Shown here piece by piece: positions 60,098 through 64,000 of a DNA stretch of 64,000 bases. The stretch is from Eledone cirrhosa (Eukaryota): assembly GCA_964016885.1 (NCBI GenBank), contig OZ024747.1, forward strand, positions 75,950,001 to 76,014,000. Direction: 5' to 3'. Numbering within the stretch: the first letter of the stretch is position 1; each line of letters opens with the position of its first letter. A program made the translations under genes and the position numbers. The notes below the pieces were generated by a model. The model had not been told where the DNA came from, searched no databases, and saw only the letters and a list, made by a program, of their open reading frames with translations.

Positions 60098-61465
60098 ATT
60101 CTTGAATTTTCCACAAATTAACATCTCTCCCCTCCCCCCTCCTCACTTAATTCATGAGCAGGAGAATTTTCCGTTTATTTACATACTTTTATTATTATGT
60201 GTTTGTTGGTTTAGGTCGGATAAATGAACTGTACGTATGGCTTCCCATTACAACTCAGATCAATAATATTCTACGTGCTAGAATAATTATCAGCATTTTG
60301 TATCCTACGGCATTTACGGTCCCTTTTCAATATTTTACATTGGATGTTCTTTTAAACCTACCATTTTGGCTATTCCTTTAATTGTACACCTCATCCCATA
60401 ACGGATATTTGGAATGGCGTATCCTGTTACTTCCATAAAGACACAATTAGCTTTCGATTTATTTTAAATAGTTGTCAAATTTCACTTAAAATAACTCACA
60501 CTATTTTAAACATATATGATTTCATGATGAATTGTAACCCTAGAAATTCTAAGTCTAGAGAATGGATAAAATCTGCATGGATAGAACTTCGTTGATCATA
60601 GGTTTTCTTGATTAGAACTGGCCAGGGTTAAATAAAAACATAAGAATAAGGGGAAACAAGACAAGATTTTCTTAGCAAATGAATACCCCGGGGCCAACAT
60701 ACCAGTCTAGCAGAATCAATCCATCGATTGGACATTACATTCACCAGCATTACACCTTCTTTCAGAAATACCTTGGGCTTGGCCCTCATGGATCAAAGCT
60801 ATTTATTAATTTTCTAAGAAACCCAATAACGAGACATCTGTAATATGTACCAAGGAACTTTTTATCAGTAGCATATAAAGCTTCATATACTTTTTCAATA
60901 GATTTTTAACCTAACAGCAGCTGTTTGATAGTCTTCTCTTGATAATGATTATACTAGAATTTATTGCTACTGAAGTTCCGAAAAAATAAAACAGAAAATA
61001 TTTTCTTTAACGTTTGTAGAATGTCAGAAGAAAGAACATCTTTCTTTTGATTTATTTATTACTTTCTCACTTTAGTCTGCTTTAAACAAGTCGTAGTTTA
61101 TTGATTTAAAAAAGAGGTGAAAACAAAAAGGGAAATGAACATACATAGACGAAAAAAAACGTTGATTGTGCAACGAGAATATTTTAAGTAAAATGAGTCT
61201 CTGCACTACTCCAAGGTGAGTTCCTTTAATAAATGAATTCAGTTCTCTTGGTTCTGAGTTTAGATTATTTTTCAGTCAGTGAACATAACCAAGGGCTGAG
61301 AACTATTATAAAATTTATCTTTCTCTTTTATTTGGCAGATTTTTTCTTCAATTTTGTGTATATTTATTTGCAGTTTTTAATTTAGTTATGATTTTACTAT
61401 ATCATTTAAATATCTCATTAGAGATAATAACAATTTTACAGACACACATACACACAAATATATAT

Positions 61466-61503
<38 letters not shown>

Positions 61504-62159
61504 GTATATGAGGGGGTGCTATATGTGATAAGTATATATGTACACTAGTTTATATACATAGGTATTTCCATCCATCTATATATCAAACTGTCTATAAAAC
61601 TCAATAATTCGATTCAGTACGCAATTCAATGAGAAAAGAAAAAAAAAAATGAAATATCGCCTTGCTTCACGTCGGAGCTTATTCAAAACCGTGTTCTATA
61701 GATGCTACAGTTAGAATCCAATTTATTAAGCTGGCTTATAACATGTTCTATATGTTTTTCTATAACTCACGTTTTGAAGACATTTCGCAGAAATTTCAAT
61801 TTCCCTTAAGTAATAAGTAGTCCGGTGGACGAATCTCTGAAGTTATATCTTTTGAGACATCAGGCATTCAAGTAGTCCACAGACATTTAGAATTATATCG
61901 ATTAGGTCAGTGTCTCGTAGTCGTATTCACTGGTTGATAGTATTTTTAAACCCTTACAGATAGAATAAGCAAAATAGGGACTGTCGGGGGAAGGGGCGAT
62001 GAATCTACGCTGAAAAAACATATTTTTCGTCCTTCCAATTAAAAATGATAAGAATAAAGAGAGCTTGAATGAAATGCTTCCTTCCCCAGAAATGGTAAAT
62101 ATCTATTTAGATATAACTGAAGTGTAAAACAAGAGAACCGGACATACAATAGATAGATA

Positions 62160-64000
62160 TGTTTCTTTTATTTGCCACTAGGGCATCAAAAGTGGGACAA
62201 GTACAAAGGGGGGAGTTTACACAAAAAGGCGTCCTCAATAAGGAGGAGGCAATAACAAAATATAAAAATAAAATAAGATATAACAAAAAATAAAATTTTT
62301 AACAAAATCCTCAATAGAGAGGAGGCGCCTTGGGGGGTCGCACACACCCCCGAAAAAAGTGTGCAACCCTTCTCCTCAGGAGCACAGAGAAGGGGTGCTC
62401 CCTTGGTCTTTCATCTTCCTCACCTATAGTCTGATGTAGAGTGAAGGCCCATTCACACGGGCCATTCTCGCCACTTTCACCCATCTTTCATAGAAACGGC
62501 TGGGGTGCAGCACCTCTCTCTCCATCCTGATCCTTCTTCCGAAATGATATCGGAAGAAACGGACCAGTTGTTGGCCAGAGAGAAAGGTGCCTGACCTCAG
62601 TCCTTTCAGACGCGTCCACCATACAACCTCTTTCGCCATGGCTATTACGCACAGAAACACCGCCTCTGCTTCATCTTTGAAGGGGGGAGGCGGCTTGATC
62701 ATTACAATAGACTCGGTGGTCAACCGGATCGGTCCCACCCTTGACAGCAGTTGTTCGACATAGCCCCACAGATCGGCTACGCCCGAGCAGTGTACCAATG
62801 CGTGTGCAACGGTTTCCTCGTCGCACACGCATCTGGGACAGATCTTTTTGGCGGGGTCCCTACCCGGGCGCCCGTGTCTGTAGAGCCTTTCTCGAACGGG
62901 TAAAGCCCCTCGGTAGCACTGCCAGGCCAGGGACTTCTGGAAGTTGTCCATAGGTCCCGGGCTGAATGTCCTACCGAACAGGCTGGCCAGTTCGTCCTCC
63001 TCCATGTCTAGGGCTTCTCCGAGGGCGTCGTCGCACCTGCTGCGTACCAGCCCTCTATAGAATGTTGCGGTGGAGTCTCCACTGATAACCGGATCCGCCT
63101 GCCAGAGGGCGGTGAGCGCCTGGGCACACTCAGTGTGCCAGGCGCCCAGCTTTCTCGGTCTTTGCTTGACCCAGAATTGCAGCTCGGTGAGTGAGACGAG
63201 TCTGGGAAAGGTTCGTCTCACAAACGAGGCCCACACCGGTTGTCCGGTGAGGAATACGTAGAGGTGCCGTAGCCTTAATGCGTGTTTACGCATCATTAGC
63301 CACGGCATCCCCAGCCCTACTTTCGAAGGGTGTTGACAGAAGATGGATCTCCTCACCATAGGAGCCCGCCTCTTCCAAAGGAATTGGAAGAGCGCGCGCT
63401 CCATCTTGGTGAGGGTTTCCCTTGGGCAGGGCACTACGGTCAGGCGGTAGTAGATGACGGACGCTATGTAGGTGTTCGCCACCTCCGCCCGACCTTTCAG
63501 GGATAGTTTGCAACTGGCCCACTTCTGGGTCAGTGCAAACACCCTGTTCGTAACCTCCGCCCAGTTTTTCTCCACCTGGAGGTCCGGTCCGAACCAGACC
63601 CCGAGCAACTTCACCGGGCCCTCCGTCCAGCGTCCGACGACGCCTTCGGAGGGCATCGGTCTGCCCCTCCACGTGCCGAGTTGCAAACCGATCGACTTGT
63701 CCCGGTTCAGCTTAGCCCCTGTGAACTTTTCGTACTCCTCCAGTAAGGTGCCGACCGCCTCGATTTCAGAGGCCGTCGACACCATTACTGTCACGTCATC
63801 GGCGTAGGCCGACACCGCTTTCCGCAATCCCGGTTCCAAAGGGATGCCCTGCAACAACTCCAACTTCCGCAGTAGTGGCTCGAGAGTCAACACATACAGA
63901 AGGGAGGAGAGAGGGCACCCTTGTCGGATGGACCGCGCGATTTTGAACGGCTCCGAGAGGTAGCCGTTCACCTTGACCCTAGAGCAGATGCGGCTGCTGT
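62160..64000 (-). mobile_element. 3' portion of a second Tx1/L1-clade LINE, running off the right edge
   Basis: Homologous to 48300-49839. 3' UTR at 62160-62423 ends GCCCTAGTGGCAAATAAAAGAAAC. Confidence 0.95.
62424..63971 (-). CDS. Tx1 ORF2 C-terminal part (RT and Zn finger), uninterrupted within the window
   Basis: IRQGCPLS, intact YADD, LLGVWF and CPRC..ETVAHAL..C. No stops over 515 codons. The ORF continues past the window edge. Confidence 0.9.
   Translation of the reverse strand: MNGYLSEPFKIARSIRQGCPLSSLLYVLTLEPLLRKLELLQGIPLEPGLRKAVSAYADDVTVMVSTASEIEAVGTLLEEYEKFTGAKLNRDKSIGLQLGTWRGRPMPSEGVVGRWTEGPVKLLGVWFGPDLQVEKNWAEVTNRVFALTQKWASCKLSLKGRAEVANTYIASVIYYRLTVVPCPRETLTKMERALFQFLWKRRAPMVRRSIFCQHPSKVGLGMPWLMMRKHALRLRHLYVFLTGQPVWASFVRRTFPRLVSLTELQFWVKQRPRKLGAWHTECAQALTALWQADPVISGDSTATFYRGLVRSRCDDALGEALDMEEDELASLFGRTFSPGPMDNFQKSLAWQCYRGALPVRERLYRHGRPGRDPAKKICPRCVCDEETVAHALVHCSGVADLWGYVEQLLSRVGPIRLTTESIVMIKPPPPFKDEAEAVFLCVIAMAKEVVWWTRLKGLRSGTFLSGQQLVRFFRYHFGRRIRMEREVLHPSRFYERWVKVARMARVNGPSLYIRL

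Overview
AT-rich, repeat-dominated animal genomic DNA. The SINE families and very long (TA)n tracts suggest an octopus or other coleoid cephalopod (inference). No intact host gene can be supported. Positions 1-14580 are a roughly 405-unit, 36-bp tandem array with higher-order duplications. It stays open in one + frame (Thr/Ser-rich 12-aa repeat with an N-X-S sequon), apart from a single 1-bp frameshift. The remainder holds a full-length but disabled Tx1/L1-type LINE, the intact 3' part of a second Tx1-type LINE, two 5'-truncated CR1-group LINEs, a decayed R4-like LINE, about 13 copies of one tRNA-derived SINE plus two other SINE types, a hAT MITE, minisatellites and microsatellites. Three observations stand out. 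(1) The main SINE and both Tx1 LINEs share a 3' stem-loop tail with a compensatory base-pair swap, suggesting a SINE-Tx1 partnership. (2) Several small elements embedded in (TA)n carry hammerhead-ribozyme motifs and long 5' foldback palindromes; one palindrome appears to be nucleated on ribozyme stem II. (3) Scattered, decayed minus-strand Cys-rich fragments weakly suggest pseudogenised somatomedin-B-type receptor exons.
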